Below, piece by piece: positions 1 through 10,032 of a DNA stretch of 64,000 nt; the stretch's first letter is position 1; each line of letters opens with the position of its first letter. The notes under the pieces were generated by a model, which was not told the DNA's origin, searched no databases, and saw only the letters and a list, made by a program, of their open reading frames with translations. The position numbers were made by a program, and so were the translations under genes. The stretch is from a virus. Lineage: Duplodnaviria > Caudoviricetes. Location: the IMG/VR virus record IMGVR_UViG_2706795801_000001, positions 32,001 through 96,000 of that record; one strand, 5' to 3'.

Positions 1-407
1 TTACACTCTGGGCAACCATTTCCAACTAGAAAGTTCATTATAGCATTATCCCAAGTGTGTCCATCTAATACACACTGTAGTTTTATTCTTGTATTTCTGT
101 ATTTCCAATCCCCAATGAAAGATATAAACTTTATATCCCCTCTCTTTACACATTCCCTTTCTATCCTGACACGATATTGCTCCTTATTCCACCTAGGTCT
201 ACTTGAACAACCACAAGGTATTACTCCAAATTTTAAGTCCCCTTTTGTAGATTCAATTGGGTGCGGGAACAGTTCCGTGTCTTGCATACAAATACTACAA
301 CTTAGTAGGTATATTATTGATTTTCTTTTCACCTTTGGTACTACACCCACTACAGTAATTATCCCTCCTTTTGGGGTAGTAAATTCCTCTCCAATAAAAC
401 TATCCAT
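1..407 (-). CDS. Putative homing endonuclease-type protein with Cys zinc-ribbon repeats; runs off window start
   Basis: Not in ORF track. Manual translation from ATG at 407: MDSFIGEEFTTPKGG...CSIC...PCGCS...IKLQCVLDGHTW...GNGCPEC, with GGAGG upstream. Confidence 0.65.
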   Translation of the reverse strand, partial: MDSFIGEEFTTPKGGIITVVGVVPKVKRKSIIYLLSCSICMQDTELFPHPIESTKGDLKFGVIPCGCSSRPRWNKEQYRVRIERECVKRGDIKFISFIGDWKYRNTRIKLQCVLDGHTWDNAIMNFLVGNGCPEC

Positions 408-460
408 CTATAATACACCCTCCACCAGACCAATTAGCTATAATTTCCTTCCCCATAGTA

Positions 461-790
461 TTATTTAATCTCCTCTAATAATTTATCACTTTCATTTTTA
501 GCTTTATAATATACTTCGTCTGTTGTCGTAGATAGCATACCAAACCCCTCTACTGAATACCCTATTAACTGTGTTATCTGTTCGTAGTGGTGTTCTTTTA
601 TACCGTTTACCTGATAATATAAGCCTAATCCATTCAATCCATAGAGTCCTTCATATTCAAATCTATCGATCAACATAGATACTAGAGGGTTCTCGTAAAA
701 TCTATTGGTTCCGTGTTCGTCCATATATACTGTTTGTAATGGGTGTTTCATCATAACCCCCTTACACTTTCCTGCATCATAATTTGTCAT
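461..790 (-). CDS. Hypothetical phage protein
   Basis: 109-aa ORF in a leftward operon. Confidence 0.6.
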   Translation of the reverse strand: MTNYDAGKCKGVMMKHPLQTVYMDEHGTNRFYENPLVSMLIDRFEYEGLYGLNGLGLYYQVNGIKEHHYEQITQLIGYSVEGFGMLSTTTDEVYYKAKNESDKLLEEIK

Positions 791-820
791 TCTACTACAC
801 TTCTCTGCACATTGATACTG

Positions 821-1348
821 TTATTTATTTAATAACTCTCTTGCACGAGTAGATTGTCCTATTAGAGCGTCCCATTCGCGTTCTAACGAGTTTTTAGCAT
901 TCGCCATACGTGATAGTGTCTTTAGGCAATGGAAGCCAGCACCAGTCTTATCAGCGGTGTTAATACCCCATAATTCATTCACAACATAAGGGTCTACCTT
1001 CACCTTCACTTCTCCAGCAGCAATCTCCTCTGGTGTGAGTTTAACTGTGAGATAGTGGTCATAGTGTTTGTCTGTCCAGTTGGAATACTCACTTACTGCA
1101 TCAGAAGGTATTATGGTCAATGTCATATCTAAATCTCTATGAGTAATATTACCTTCCTCAACAAATTCCCAGCCTATACCTTCACCTGCATCTAAATACC
1201 AGTTATGAATGCCACCCTCAGCATCTTTCCATTGAGTGATAGCTCCTTCTCCATTCCTATAGTAAACCAATACACCTTTGTCTGAAATACCCCAACGGCT
1301 GGCATCAATATACCTAATCCTAGTAACACCTTCAACCAATTCTCTCAT
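821..1348 (-). CDS. Hypothetical phage protein
   Basis: 175-aa ORF with GGAG RBS; start overlaps upstream stop. Confidence 0.65.
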   Translation of the reverse strand: MRELVEGVTRIRYIDASRWGISDKGVLVYYRNGEGAITQWKDAEGGIHNWYLDAGEGIGWEFVEEGNITHRDLDMTLTIIPSDAVSEYSNWTDKHYDHYLTVKLTPEEIAAGEVKVKVDPYVVNELWGINTADKTGAGFHCLKTLSRMANAKNSLEREWDALIGQSTRARELLNK

Positions 1349-1638
1349 TATTTCTCCCCTTTACCGAGTCTTTCTTGTAAACGTTGTAAAACCATTGGAT
1401 ACACCTCCAACTCTGGAAAGCTCACCATTGGTGCTTGTTGTAACTTCCACTGTAATGCTTGAGCCAGAGTATATAGTGTTTCGTCACGTTCTTCAATACA
1501 TCTTTGTATAAAAATATCAATAAGTTCCACTGTGATGTCTGGGTTATGTTGCTGTTGTCCACCCATCTGAGATTGCATCATACGCATCATATCTTCGTGT
1601 GTCAATTTATTTTTCTCCTTTTGGTATTGAACTGTCAT
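1348..1638 (-). CDS. Hypothetical protein
   Basis: 96-aa ORF coupled to neighbours; true start may be internal. Confidence 0.55.
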   Translation of the reverse strand: MTVQYQKEKNKLTHEDMMRMMQSQMGGQQQHNPDITVELIDIFIQRCIEERDETLYTLAQALQWKLQQAPMVSFPELEVYPMVLQRLQERLGKGEK

Positions 1639-1927
1639 GTCCTCTTAAAAATGCTAAATCATATTCACAAAGACCTTTCATATCTTCATCTACAATATCT
1701 GACTGGTTTAGAATTTCCAATGCCATATTTGGTTGGTCGTACATCTCAATTAATCTGGCTAAAGCCCAAATTACACCTTCATTGAATTCTTTGTTATCAT
1801 TTTTCTGCGCCCATTTCATACCAAATCTAAAACAATCAGACAATTGGCTAGGTGTCCCCACAGCTAAACCATGATTAACAAGTCCAACTCTCTCGAGTTC
1901 CGTTAGTTCAATTTTATGCATACTCAT
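1607..1927 (-). CDS. Hypothetical protein
   Basis: 106-aa ORF with AGGAGG RBS downstream of a TTGACA promoter. Confidence 0.65.
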   Translation of the reverse strand: MSMHKIELTELERVGLVNHGLAVGTPSQLSDCFRFGMKWAQKNDNKEFNEGVIWALARLIEMYDQPNMALEILNQSDIVDEDMKGLCEYDLAFLRGHDSSIPKGEK

Positions 1928-1956
1928 CTTAACCTCCTATCATTTCAACTACCCTA

Positions 1957-2100
1957 ACTTTACCACACTAAAACACAGTGTCAACAACTATTTTTAATGT
2001 TACCTGTTAGAGAGTGTATATTAGGTTTCATACCCTACAGCGTGTAAGGTATGTTTATTTACAGATAATAGTTGACACCCAATAAAGTAGTCGTTAGTAT
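1957..2100. promoter_or_regulatory. Divergent sigma70-type promoters
   Basis: Minus strand TTGACA (1979-1984) with TAAAGT-like -10; plus strand TTGACA 2072-2077 N17 TAGTAT 2095-2100. Confidence 0.6.
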
Positions 2101-2127
2101 GTTGGAAGTTACCTACAATAGGAGGAT

Positions 2128-2646
2128 TTGCAAATGTTTATGTGGTTGAAAAACTGGTGTTATGGTTATAAGGTGTGTAAAAAGTATGGGTTGAAATTCA
2201 CCCCTAGGTTTTCCTCTAAGGTTAGTGGGGGTCTCCACTGGAACAACAAGAAGAAGTGTTTTGATAAGATTAATGCATCAATATTTAATTGTATGTTTCA
2301 TGAAATATTGCTGCACGAGGTAGGACACTTCATGGACTATAAGCTTACAGGTTTTACTCATAATAAAGCCCCCGCGATATTTATTCAACGTACAAAGCAC
2401 TGGAATTACAAAGATAGAACCTATATCTTCCGTGAAGCGAAGGCAAGTAGATACGCTTTACGTTTACTACGATCATCTGGAAAAATTAGCGAAGGCAGTT
2501 ACAAAATGTTAACAGGTAAAGAGTCTTTTGGTTCTTACATAAAAAATATATGGGTTGGTGGTACCGATGACGGACTGAAGAACAAGATAGCTTTGGCTGA
2601 TATAGACTATAAGTTATGTAAATATATTAGGGAGGGTGTTAAATGA
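2128..2646 (+). CDS. Putative zinc metallopeptidase-like protein (HExxH)
   Basis: ILLHEVGHF motif followed by ExxA; AGGAGG RBS. Confidence 0.55.
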   Translation: MQMFMWLKNWCYGYKVCKKYGLKFTPRFSSKVSGGLHWNNKKKCFDKINASIFNCMFHEILLHEVGHFMDYKLTGFTHNKAPAIFIQRTKHWNYKDRTYIFREAKASRYALRLLRSSGKISEGSYKMLTGKESFGSYIKNIWVGGTDDGLKNKIALADIDYKLCKYIREGVK

Positions 2647-2831
2647 AGAAACAATCAGAGTGGATGAGAGGTTTATTGGCTGCTGAAGATATGGTGTTGT
2701 TACATGGTACTGATTACACTAGAGGTGTTATGAGAGACTTAATACTATTAGACTATGATGACCTCCTTGTAGAGTTTCACCGAGGTATGTATGATTACTT
2801 GGATAATTATAAGGAGAGAAATAATGCTTAA
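2643..2831 (+). CDS. Hypothetical protein
   Basis: 62-aa ORF, GGAGGG RBS, ATGA coupling. Confidence 0.6.
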   Translation: MKKQSEWMRGLLAAEDMVLLHGTDYTRGVMRDLILLDYDDLLVEFHRGMYDYLDNYKERNNA

Positions 2832-2967
2832 ATATAAAGTAGGTGATTTAATCCAAGCTGCTGATTGGAATATCATTGAACAAATTATCAAAGATGAGTT
2901 GACAGCATACAATTATGACGTTACTATCTACGTTTTAAGTGAAGATGATATTCCGAAGGAGGGGTGA
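2824..2967 (+). CDS. Small hypothetical protein (MLKYKVGDLIQAADW...)
   Basis: Manual ORF with AAGGAG RBS bridging to the helicase start. Confidence 0.5.
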   Translation: MLKYKVGDLIQAADWNIIEQIIKDELTAYNYDVTIYVLSEDDIPKEG

Positions 2968-4391
2968 GATTGAAGAAGATACAAGACTACTATGGTATGT
3001 TACCTTTTCCGTTGACTGACGGACAGAAGTATAGTCTGGAGGAGTTCACTACTGGGACAGGACATTATGCGCTTGGAGGTGTCCAAGGGGCTGGAAAATC
3101 CACCGTAATGGCTCTACTAAGTAAATTCTATGGGGATGAAGTAATCTTCTGTGCATCTTCTGGCACTGCATCTAAACAAATGCCTGATGGTATTGGTAGC
3201 GGTACTGCACATTCTATACTGAGCCTATTTACCGAAGTATCTAGACCCGAGATGATGAGTAAAGTTAATAAGACTACCACAGCATTATTTGCTAAGAGTG
3301 ATTTGATCAAGGTGGTGGTTGTTGATGAAGCTTTTGCTATGGATAGTGATAAACTGTACACAATGTTACATCGTATCAAAAGATTCAACAAAAGGACAAG
3401 TAATCGCGGAGAACGGGACATTAGACTACTACTAGTTGGCGATTGGTGCCAAAGATTACCTATACTTTCAAACGAGGAAAAGCTAACAGTTAATGAGAAA
3501 CATGGACATTGGTTAATGTTTAAATCTAATCCTTGGAAAGAAGCTGATATTAAAGTTTTGATGTTGACTGAGGTCAAACGACAAGATGATAAAGTGTTTA
3601 AAGCTTGTCTTGATGTGATACGTTATGGTATTGAACATCGATATGAGGGAGCATTGAAGTGGTTGAATCAAAGGTATTCTAAGGAATATGATGATAGTTT
3701 ACTCTTGTTAGCCCCTACTAATAAAACTGTCACTGCAGCTAATAATTTATCTCTGCAGCGTAACCCCAACCCTAAAGGTTTATACACTGCAACAATCACT
3801 GGTAGGTATAACCTCAATGACTCACCCCTAGAAAAGGAAGTGATGTTGGCAGTAGGTAGTCCTGTGATTTCTGTAATAAATCATGAAGATGGTGACTATT
3901 GTAACGGAAGTTACGGTCATGTTACAGAAATGCAGTCCGATGGATGTTGGGTGCGTTTTGTTGGAGACCAAGAAGACACTTTTGTAGGGATGGTGACATT
4001 ACGGGAAGAGGAATCTTATATTAAGAAAGATGTCCTGCAAGAAGATGGTACATATGCGGATGAGCAAGGGAAAACTCTAGTGGGGACATGTACTGGTTTA
4101 TGTCTTAAGATTGCAGCGGCATATACTATAGCAAGGGCACAAGGTCGCACATTTAATTGTAAGGTTAATATTGATGTGGGGAATACAAGCTTATATACCA
4201 ATAAAGCCCTAGGGGATTTTGGGACTAGTGATGTGCTAGTTGCATGTTCCCGTGTAACCGATGTGAAAAACCTTACTCTAGTCCGTAAGATCGAACCAAA
4301 ACATATTAAGGTGTGTCGTGAGAGTATTGCTTTCTGGCATGAGAGTTTAGCTAAACAAGAGGAGAAATTAAAATGTCAGAATTATCTTTAG
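2964..4391 (+). CDS. SF1B (PIF1/Dda/RecD-like) DNA helicase
   Basis: Walker A GVQGAGKS, Walker B VVDEA, GDWCQRLP, EVKRQDD, YTIARAQGRT, VACSRV. Confidence 0.9.
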   Translation: MRLKKIQDYYGMLPFPLTDGQKYSLEEFTTGTGHYALGGVQGAGKSTVMALLSKFYGDEVIFCASSGTASKQMPDGIGSGTAHSILSLFTEVSRPEMMSKVNKTTTALFAKSDLIKVVVVDEAFAMDSDKLYTMLHRIKRFNKRTSNRGERDIRLLLVGDWCQRLPILSNEEKLTVNEKHGHWLMFKSNPWKEADIKVLMLTEVKRQDDKVFKACLDVIRYGIEHRYEGALKWLNQRYSKEYDDSLLLLAPTNKTVTAANNLSLQRNPNPKGLYTATITGRYNLNDSPLEKEVMLAVGSPVISVINHEDGDYCNGSYGHVTEMQSDGCWVRFVGDQEDTFVGMVTLREEESYIKKDVLQEDGTYADEQGKTLVGTCTGLCLKIAAAYTIARAQGRTFNCKVNIDVGNTSLYTNKALGDFGTSDVLVACSRVTDVKNLTLVRKIEPKHIKVCRESIAFWHESLAKQEEKLKCQNYL

Positions 4392-5095
4392 GTGATCGTA
4401 TGAAAGGTTATGAGAAAGTCCCACAACAGAAGTTAATGAGTAAAACTCCTGTAATTATGCGGCTTGACGGAAAAGCTTTCCATACTTATACTCGTGATTG
4501 CGATAAACCGTTTGATACAGATTTACACATTATCCGTCAAGGTGTATTGGAATATCTCTGTACCAATATACAGGGTTGTATCTTAGGTTACTCTCAAAGC
4601 GATGAGATTTCATTAGTACTTAAGGATTGGGATACTTATAATACATCAGCTTGGTTTGATAATAAGATTCAGAAATTATGTTCAGTTAGTGCTTCTATGG
4701 CTACAGCGGAGTGGAATTGTCTCTCATCTCAAGTAGATAGTGAGCGTGTAACAGGTTCAAATAAGTTTAATATACATGCTTTATTTGATACCAGATGTTT
4801 TAACCTACCAATCAACGAGGTTATTAATTATCTAATCTGGCGTCAACAGGATTGGGAACGTAACAGTGTCCAGATGTTAGGTCAGAGTCTATATTCTCAT
4901 AAGGAATTACAAGGAGTCTCTTGTAAGCAGATGATTACTAACATAGAAAATGACCACGGCATTGTGTGGGGAGAGTTACCTTCTTGGCAGAAACAAGGAG
5001 AAGTGTGGTTTAATGGTGAGGTTAAAACAGATTTTATTTTCAAAGAAAATAGATTGGAAGTTGATACACTGTTAAATATTACATCGAATATTTGA
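4373..5095 (+). CDS. thg1: tRNA-His guanylyltransferase Thg1-like 3'-5' polymerase
   Basis: RMKGYE, RLDGKAFHTYT, YSQSDEISL, FDTR, WRQQDWERNS motifs. Confidence 0.92.
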   Translation: MSELSLGDRMKGYEKVPQQKLMSKTPVIMRLDGKAFHTYTRDCDKPFDTDLHIIRQGVLEYLCTNIQGCILGYSQSDEISLVLKDWDTYNTSAWFDNKIQKLCSVSASMATAEWNCLSSQVDSERVTGSNKFNIHALFDTRCFNLPINEVINYLIWRQQDWERNSVQMLGQSLYSHKELQGVSCKQMITNIENDHGIVWGELPSWQKQGEVWFNGEVKTDFIFKENRLEVDTLLNITSNI

Positions 5096-5198
5096 TTTTA
5101 AGCCACCAAACGAGCGATTTAAGAGGTTTTAATAGTAAAATAGAATCAGTTTATATGTTTGGTATTATAATTGATTGTAGAGAGATTAAGGAGGTTTT

Positions 5199-5405
5199 AT
5201 GAAATGTTTTGAGATGACACATTTATACTTTGTGGATAGTCTAGAAGTGTTCAATGAAGACACTGTACCAGATTGGTTATCCAGTGTAAAAACTATCAAA
5301 GGTTCCACAATGGACTCTAGGTGGTTTTATACTGAAGAAGTATTAACCCTCCCTGTTGGTGGTGTTGTTAATACAGATTTTCGTAGTATCAAAAGAATAG
5401 TTTAA
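5199..5405 (+). CDS. Hypothetical protein
   Basis: 68-aa ORF with GGAGG RBS. Confidence 0.6.
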   Translation: MKCFEMTHLYFVDSLEVFNEDTVPDWLSSVKTIKGSTMDSRWFYTEEVLTLPVGGVVNTDFRSIKRIV

Positions 5406-5415
5406 GGAGGTTTAA

Positions 5416-5817
5416 ATGAGACAAACAGAATTTAGAGGTTGGTGCGACAGAGATGATGAATGGCGATATGGTTATTATGTGACAGACGGTAAGGTTCACG
5501 AAATAATGACTCATATTGAAGATTGTGTTATGTATGCCAGTCAGGTGGACATTGAGTCTATAGGTCAATTCACCGCAGTATTAGATAAAGATGGAACAAA
5601 AATATTTGAGGGGGATAAAGTAGAGTCTTATCACTTCACGGATACTAAAGGAAAACATCACTTTATAAACCACATTGTTACTTGGTCAGATAAATTCAAT
5701 GGTTGGTTTATGCAGGGGGAGTACGATACAACTGGAGAGGATGGTTCTATACAGTTGTGGGTTTACATGAGAACTAATAGACATTCAGCTAAGGTAGTTG
5801 GTAACATACATCAATAG
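5416..5817 (+). CDS. YopX-family protein
   Basis: FRGW...GQFTAVLDKDGTKIFEGDKV...VVGNIHQ. Confidence 0.85.
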   Translation: MRQTEFRGWCDRDDEWRYGYYVTDGKVHEIMTHIEDCVMYASQVDIESIGQFTAVLDKDGTKIFEGDKVESYHFTDTKGKHHFINHIVTWSDKFNGWFMQGEYDTTGEDGSIQLWVYMRTNRHSAKVVGNIHQ

Positions 5818-6552
5818 GAGAGTTTATGTTTATTAGTAGTGAATTGGTAAAGAATTGTACTATCACACTAAGAAAACTTGTTTGCTGATTTTATTGGTGA
5901 TGACACTAACAAATAAGTCATCACAGTAAATATGTGTTGCAAACACTTAGATGTAACTTAATATTTGGTGAGCCTGATTGAGCGATCTAGCGATTGATGT
6001 ATCACCACAATGTTTATAGTTCATCTTATATAACAAGGTTAATACTACAATACAAACAAGTTCAAAACTTACGAAGTAATTAGGAAGATTGAGTGGAACG
6101 ATAAGCTGAGTAAGTTTTGTATATCACCATAACATTATTGTTAATAAGAGTAAAAAGATTAAAACCTTTTAGATCTTTAGAAGATAATTATTTGGTTAGA
6201 AGCGTCAGAGCTTACTGCAGGATGTTAACCAGCATTTAATTTTGATATAGGTTTAATATTGTATTGGTAGAGGGTACTATGGTTAACATATTAAATAAGT
6301 GTAGACATTACATGTCTGGTACTATATAGTGTATTCCTATCGGAATGTAGGTTAATGTTAAGATTCACTAGACCAACCTATCTACACTTCGTTTGATACA
6401 TATGGTGTTCATCTAGTGTGGCTGAAAATAAAGCTTCCTATATTAGTTCTATAAGAGGAAAGATTTTTTACTTTGTGTGTAGTAGTTACCATGATGCAAA
6501 TTTATAAGTTATTGTTTATAAACATATTCAGCGCCTGAAGTAGAGGTTCAAA

Positions 6553-6609
6553 ATGACACCTTCTTAAATAAAGATTTACCTTGCATGGTGGTGTCATATG
6601 AGCTATACT
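6553..6609 (+). promoter_or_regulatory. Promoter with inverted-repeat operator
   Basis: TTGCAT(6581)-N17-TATACT(6604); ATGACACC 6553-6560 / GGTGTCAT 6590-6597 inverted repeat. Confidence 0.5.
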
Positions 6610-6640
6610 AAGGTATGTTTGTAATTAAATAAGGGTTCAT

Positions 6641-7351
6641 ATGGTACAATTTATAGTAGAACTGCCAGATAAACGTATTGAGTTAGATGAAAGTAAAAGG
6701 CAGCGCATTATCGAGGAAGGTAACGCCGATATTAGTCAGAGGTTAAAATTAGCCCTTTATGTACAGAAAAGTATCCAAAAAAGGCTTGATGCTGGGCTTA
6801 AGACTAATAAGATTAATGCTGATGAAATTAGAAGGGTAATTGAACACTGGTATGCCAATGGCAGGGGAGTGTTAACTAAATCATTTAAGAAGGTATATGA
6901 TGAATCACCTCCGTCTAAAACTAAAGAGGTGGATTGGGTTACTGATATTGGAGGTAAGACTTATTTTAATAAAGAGTTTAGGATTGCGGTTGATAGTATT
7001 AAACTGAAAGATTTCGTTAAACTAAGAGAGAGTAAACTCTTTACTTATGGAACTAATAATACACCACTAACTACGAGGATTAGACAAATGGAAATAGCTG
7101 CCATATATGAAGAATTGTTAGAAGATAAAGATAAGGCTTTGGAAAGTAAGGATGTTGAATTGTTAAAGAAGGATGATGAGATATCTATGCTACGAGCAGA
7201 GTTAGAAGTTGCTAACTCCCTCAAACGTGATTGGGATACCATAGCTTTATCTTATAGAGAAAAAGGTTTTACACAAAAACAGATTGCAGAGCTTGTAGGT
7301 AAAAGTCTATCTACAATTAAAAGACTGTTTGCAGAGAATAGGGTAAATTGA
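6641..7351 (+). CDS. Coiled-coil protein with C-terminal helix-turn-helix
   Basis: GFTQKQIAELVGKSLSTIKR HTH preceded by a coiled coil. Confidence 0.75.
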   Translation: MVQFIVELPDKRIELDESKRQRIIEEGNADISQRLKLALYVQKSIQKRLDAGLKTNKINADEIRRVIEHWYANGRGVLTKSFKKVYDESPPSKTKEVDWVTDIGGKTYFNKEFRIAVDSIKLKDFVKLRESKLFTYGTNNTPLTTRIRQMEIAAIYEELLEDKDKALESKDVELLKKDDEISMLRAELEVANSLKRDWDTIALSYREKGFTQKQIAELVGKSLSTIKRLFAENRVN

Positions 7352-7615
7352 ATAGCGAGTTATGTTAACTTCAAGGGTAGTGGTTATATTATAAAAGAAT
7401 CTAAATCTAGCTACATGGAGATTACGGACAAGTTTATTGATTTGTTACCATTAAGTATGAAAGATGCATATATTAAAATGGCAGATACTCTATCTATATC
7501 AGATAAGTGCCTAAATCAATTAAAAAGTCCAATGGGTGCTGCTTGGGAGGATGTCCTTGGTAGTAGGGATAATGTTAATATACGCAAGGAGAAATAATTA
7601 TGGGAGGTGCGACAA

Positions 7616-7774
7616 ATGAATAACCCAACAATAGAACTAATTCTAATGTTCCTATGGTTGATGGGTATTGTGGTTGCCAAAGGTTTTTGGTCTACACTAC
7701 TTGCTATAATTTTCCCCTTGTGGGGTTTGTATCTTTCGGTAGAACATTTTGTGATATGGATGGGTTTATTATGA
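7616..7774 (+). CDS. Small membrane protein
   Basis: Manual ORF MNNPTIELILMFLWLMGIVVAKGFWSTLLAIIFPLW..., GGAGG RBS. Confidence 0.55.
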   Translation: MNNPTIELILMFLWLMGIVVAKGFWSTLLAIIFPLWGLYLSVEHFVIWMGLL

Positions 7775-8004
7775 CATTGATTAAAAGTTTCAAACAAATG
7801 GTTGACAGAGTAGTTGAATTGAATTATATTGCAACCACCAACACAGACGTTTGGGTTATATGTCCTAATTGTGATGGAGAAGGTGAGACTTCTACAGGTA
7901 CTGGGCATCCTTATAATAACCCAGTTAAATCTGTATGTAGTAATTGTATAGATGGTAAGGTGAAAGTTAATATTAAAATAACTCGTGTGTCACCTGATAA
8001 TTAG
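7771..8004 (+). CDS. Small DnaJ-type zinc-finger protein
   Basis: CPNCDGEG...CSNCIDGK; likely start at ATG 7771 within track ORF 7654..8004. Confidence 0.55.
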   Translation: MTLIKSFKQMVDRVVELNYIATTNTDVWVICPNCDGEGETSTGTGHPYNNPVKSVCSNCIDGKVKVNIKITRVSPDN

Positions 8005-8013
8005 GGGAATGTA

Positions 8014-8397
8014 ATGTACATTAAGAAAGGTAAACCCTATTTTGGTCGTAAAGATACATGGAGTATGGATGGTGTATTAGCCCCTATCATCGCAGCAGGT
8101 ATTACCAAATTCAAAGATGATTGGTGTAGTAAGTCTCCGATGGCAGGACTTAATGGAATACTCACAACAGAATGTATTGACACGGGTATGGTTAGCTACA
8201 TTGATGACTATGCTTACTCACCAGACGACTGGCGCAAGATGGAACAGGTGTATGTTTACATGTTGGATGAGATGATCTACGCCTTCGGTTCAGAAGAGCC
8301 AGATTGGATTGACATACAAGAATTACTTGATTACCATAAACGGTGTGACCAAGGGCGTATGTGGTTTGCAAAATATTATCATTCATTGTGGATTTAG
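8014..8397 (+). CDS. Hypothetical phage protein
   Basis: 127-aa ORF with RBS. Confidence 0.65.
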   Translation: MYIKKGKPYFGRKDTWSMDGVLAPIIAAGITKFKDDWCSKSPMAGLNGILTTECIDTGMVSYIDDYAYSPDDWRKMEQVYVYMLDEMIYAFGSEEPDWIDIQELLDYHKRCDQGRMWFAKYYHSLWI

Positions 8398-8502
8398 TTT
8401 GTAACATACATTTAAACGCTCTCAGAAGCTCGTAGTGGAACGTTGATTATTAATCTACATCAATTGTTGTGTTAGGAGTTTTAAATCGGCATACAGAGGC
8501 GT

Positions 8503-8730
8503 ATGAGTTATAAGGTTGAGGAGAACAAAATGAAAATTGATTTATGTGATGGTAAGTACACGTACATTTTAGATGAAGTTACTGGTGTGCAAGAAGTGCT
8601 ACGTTATGGAGAACCTTGGCGTAAGGATGATTTAATTGGTGACAATTTAGTTCTTTCTATGGCACAGCGTATTGTGGAATTGGAAGAGGAACTTTACAAG
8701 GAGAAGGAGACTACCCATGAATTTATTTAA
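8503..8730 (+). CDS. Hypothetical protein
   Basis: 75-aa ORF; internal start with GAGGAG RBS. Confidence 0.6.
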   Translation: MSYKVEENKMKIDLCDGKYTYILDEVTGVQEVLRYGEPWRKDDLIGDNLVLSMAQRIVELEEELYKEKETTHEFI

Positions 8731-8992
8731 GTCGTTAGATAAACCAAAAGTGCAGTTACGTATATTCCTGATTGTATCCTTTACCTTGATATTCTTGGTA
8801 CTATCTTATATGCCTACTGTACAATATTTGAGTGCATCCTTGAGTCTAGACACCAGTAGTTATTGCGGCAATTACGCCAAAGTGTGGTTGCATAAAATAC
8901 ACTTATACAATAACTACGCTGTATTTAAATGCGATTATGATTCTGAAGAATTGATGATTAATTTGTTGACAAGAGAAGTAAGTGAGTGGTAA
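8717..8992 (+). CDS. Small membrane-anchored protein
   Basis: MNLFKS start with AAGGAG RBS; one hydrophobic segment. Confidence 0.55.
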   Translation: MNLFKSLDKPKVQLRIFLIVSFTLIFLVLSYMPTVQYLSASLSLDTSSYCGNYAKVWLHKIHLYNNYAVFKCDYDSEELMINLLTREVSEW

Positions 8993-9378
8993 TAGTACCT
9001 CACTGAAGCAAATGATTGATGAATTACATCAGGAGGTGTAATATGTTTAAATTACTAAAGGTTTGGTGGTATTATTCAGTTCTTAGTAAAGTACTGCTGG
9101 ATGAAAATGGCAACCCATATGATAGAAAAGGTATGAAACACTTACGTGTTTAAATGAAAATTGTAAGCGTTGCTTACGAGAGGAGACAGATACAAGCTCC
9201 TCTATAATCCCTACGGAGTAGGAAATGTAATCCTTAATTTATTAAGTTGTTTCTGTTAATTACGTAGATAATCTAACGAATGTTTCATTCGTTTCGGTTT
9301 TATGTATCTGATATGAAAAATCCATTTTATCTGGCTAAACTCAGAGACAGCTTGAGTAGATTTAAATAAGGGGGTTAG

Positions 9379-9633
9379 ATGAAACATCAACAATACATTG
9401 CATGTAAACGTGATGGTACTTTTGAATTTAGAAATGGTGAGCCTGTATTAAAACAAGAAGGTGATATTGCAATATTTAATTGTGAAGATAGTTTGGATTT
9501 ATCACAAATTAGTATGTTATCCGATTACTTTTATAACAACCCATTTAAAACGGGTACGTTTTCTAATCCAGCAGTTTCGTTAGAAGAATCTAGAATTCGG
9601 ACGAAAGATAAAATTAACAAAATAAAAGTTTGA
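9379..9633 (+). CDS. Hypothetical protein
   Basis: 84-aa ORF with AAGGGG RBS. Confidence 0.55.
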   Translation: MKHQQYIACKRDGTFEFRNGEPVLKQEGDIAIFNCEDSLDLSQISMLSDYFYNNPFKTGTFSNPAVSLEESRIRTKDKINKIKV

Positions 9634-9658
9634 CACACTTAGATGTTCAAGGTATTAT
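9630..9658 (+). promoter_or_regulatory. Sigma70 promoter of the RNA operon
   Basis: TTGACA-N17-TATTAT. Confidence 0.75.
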
Positions 9659-9671
9659 GTACTTATAGAAA

Positions 9672-9890
9672 CAAACGGGAGTTAAACGAAGATGTTCGTG
9701 GTTGCCGAGTCATGATTGCACTGGAGACACCTTTAACAATGTGATAATCGGGGCTAGGTTGCGGTGCGTTGGGCCAATCTATGGACGCCATCGTAAGCTG
9801 TTATTTCATTCGATAATAAGGATGGTGATAATATCTCGCAGCATGAAGCGATAGACATGCAAGCAAAGTTAACGCTATGCGCCAAATGCG
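9672..9890 (+). ncRNA. Candidate structured RNA, first element of the RNA operon
   Basis: GC-enriched, no RBS-led ORF, local helices such as CGCCATC/GATGGTG and GCATG/CATGC. Confidence 0.4.
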
Positions 9891-9908
9891 TTTAAATATT
9901 ATTTTTAT

Positions 9909-10032
9909 GCTAACTTTGGTTTAACGGTATAACGAAGCCGCTGAAAAAGATAAGATAACCCAAAGGCCACGGGTCGTATTCTTTAGTAGGTTAGAGGCTT
10001 AGGCGTCAAGTTCGACTCTTGGCAGGTTAGCA
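9909..10032 (+). ncRNA. tRNA-like RNA with enlarged anticodon arm
   Basis: Acceptor GCTAACTT/AGGTTAGC, D-like GTTTAACGGTATAAC, AAGCC/GGCTT stem enclosing ~56 nt, T arm TCAAG-TTCGACT-CTTGG. Confidence 0.65.

Noticed and set aside
55-468. 137-aa plus-strand ORF
   Set aside because: Shadow of the minus-strand zinc-ribbon gene
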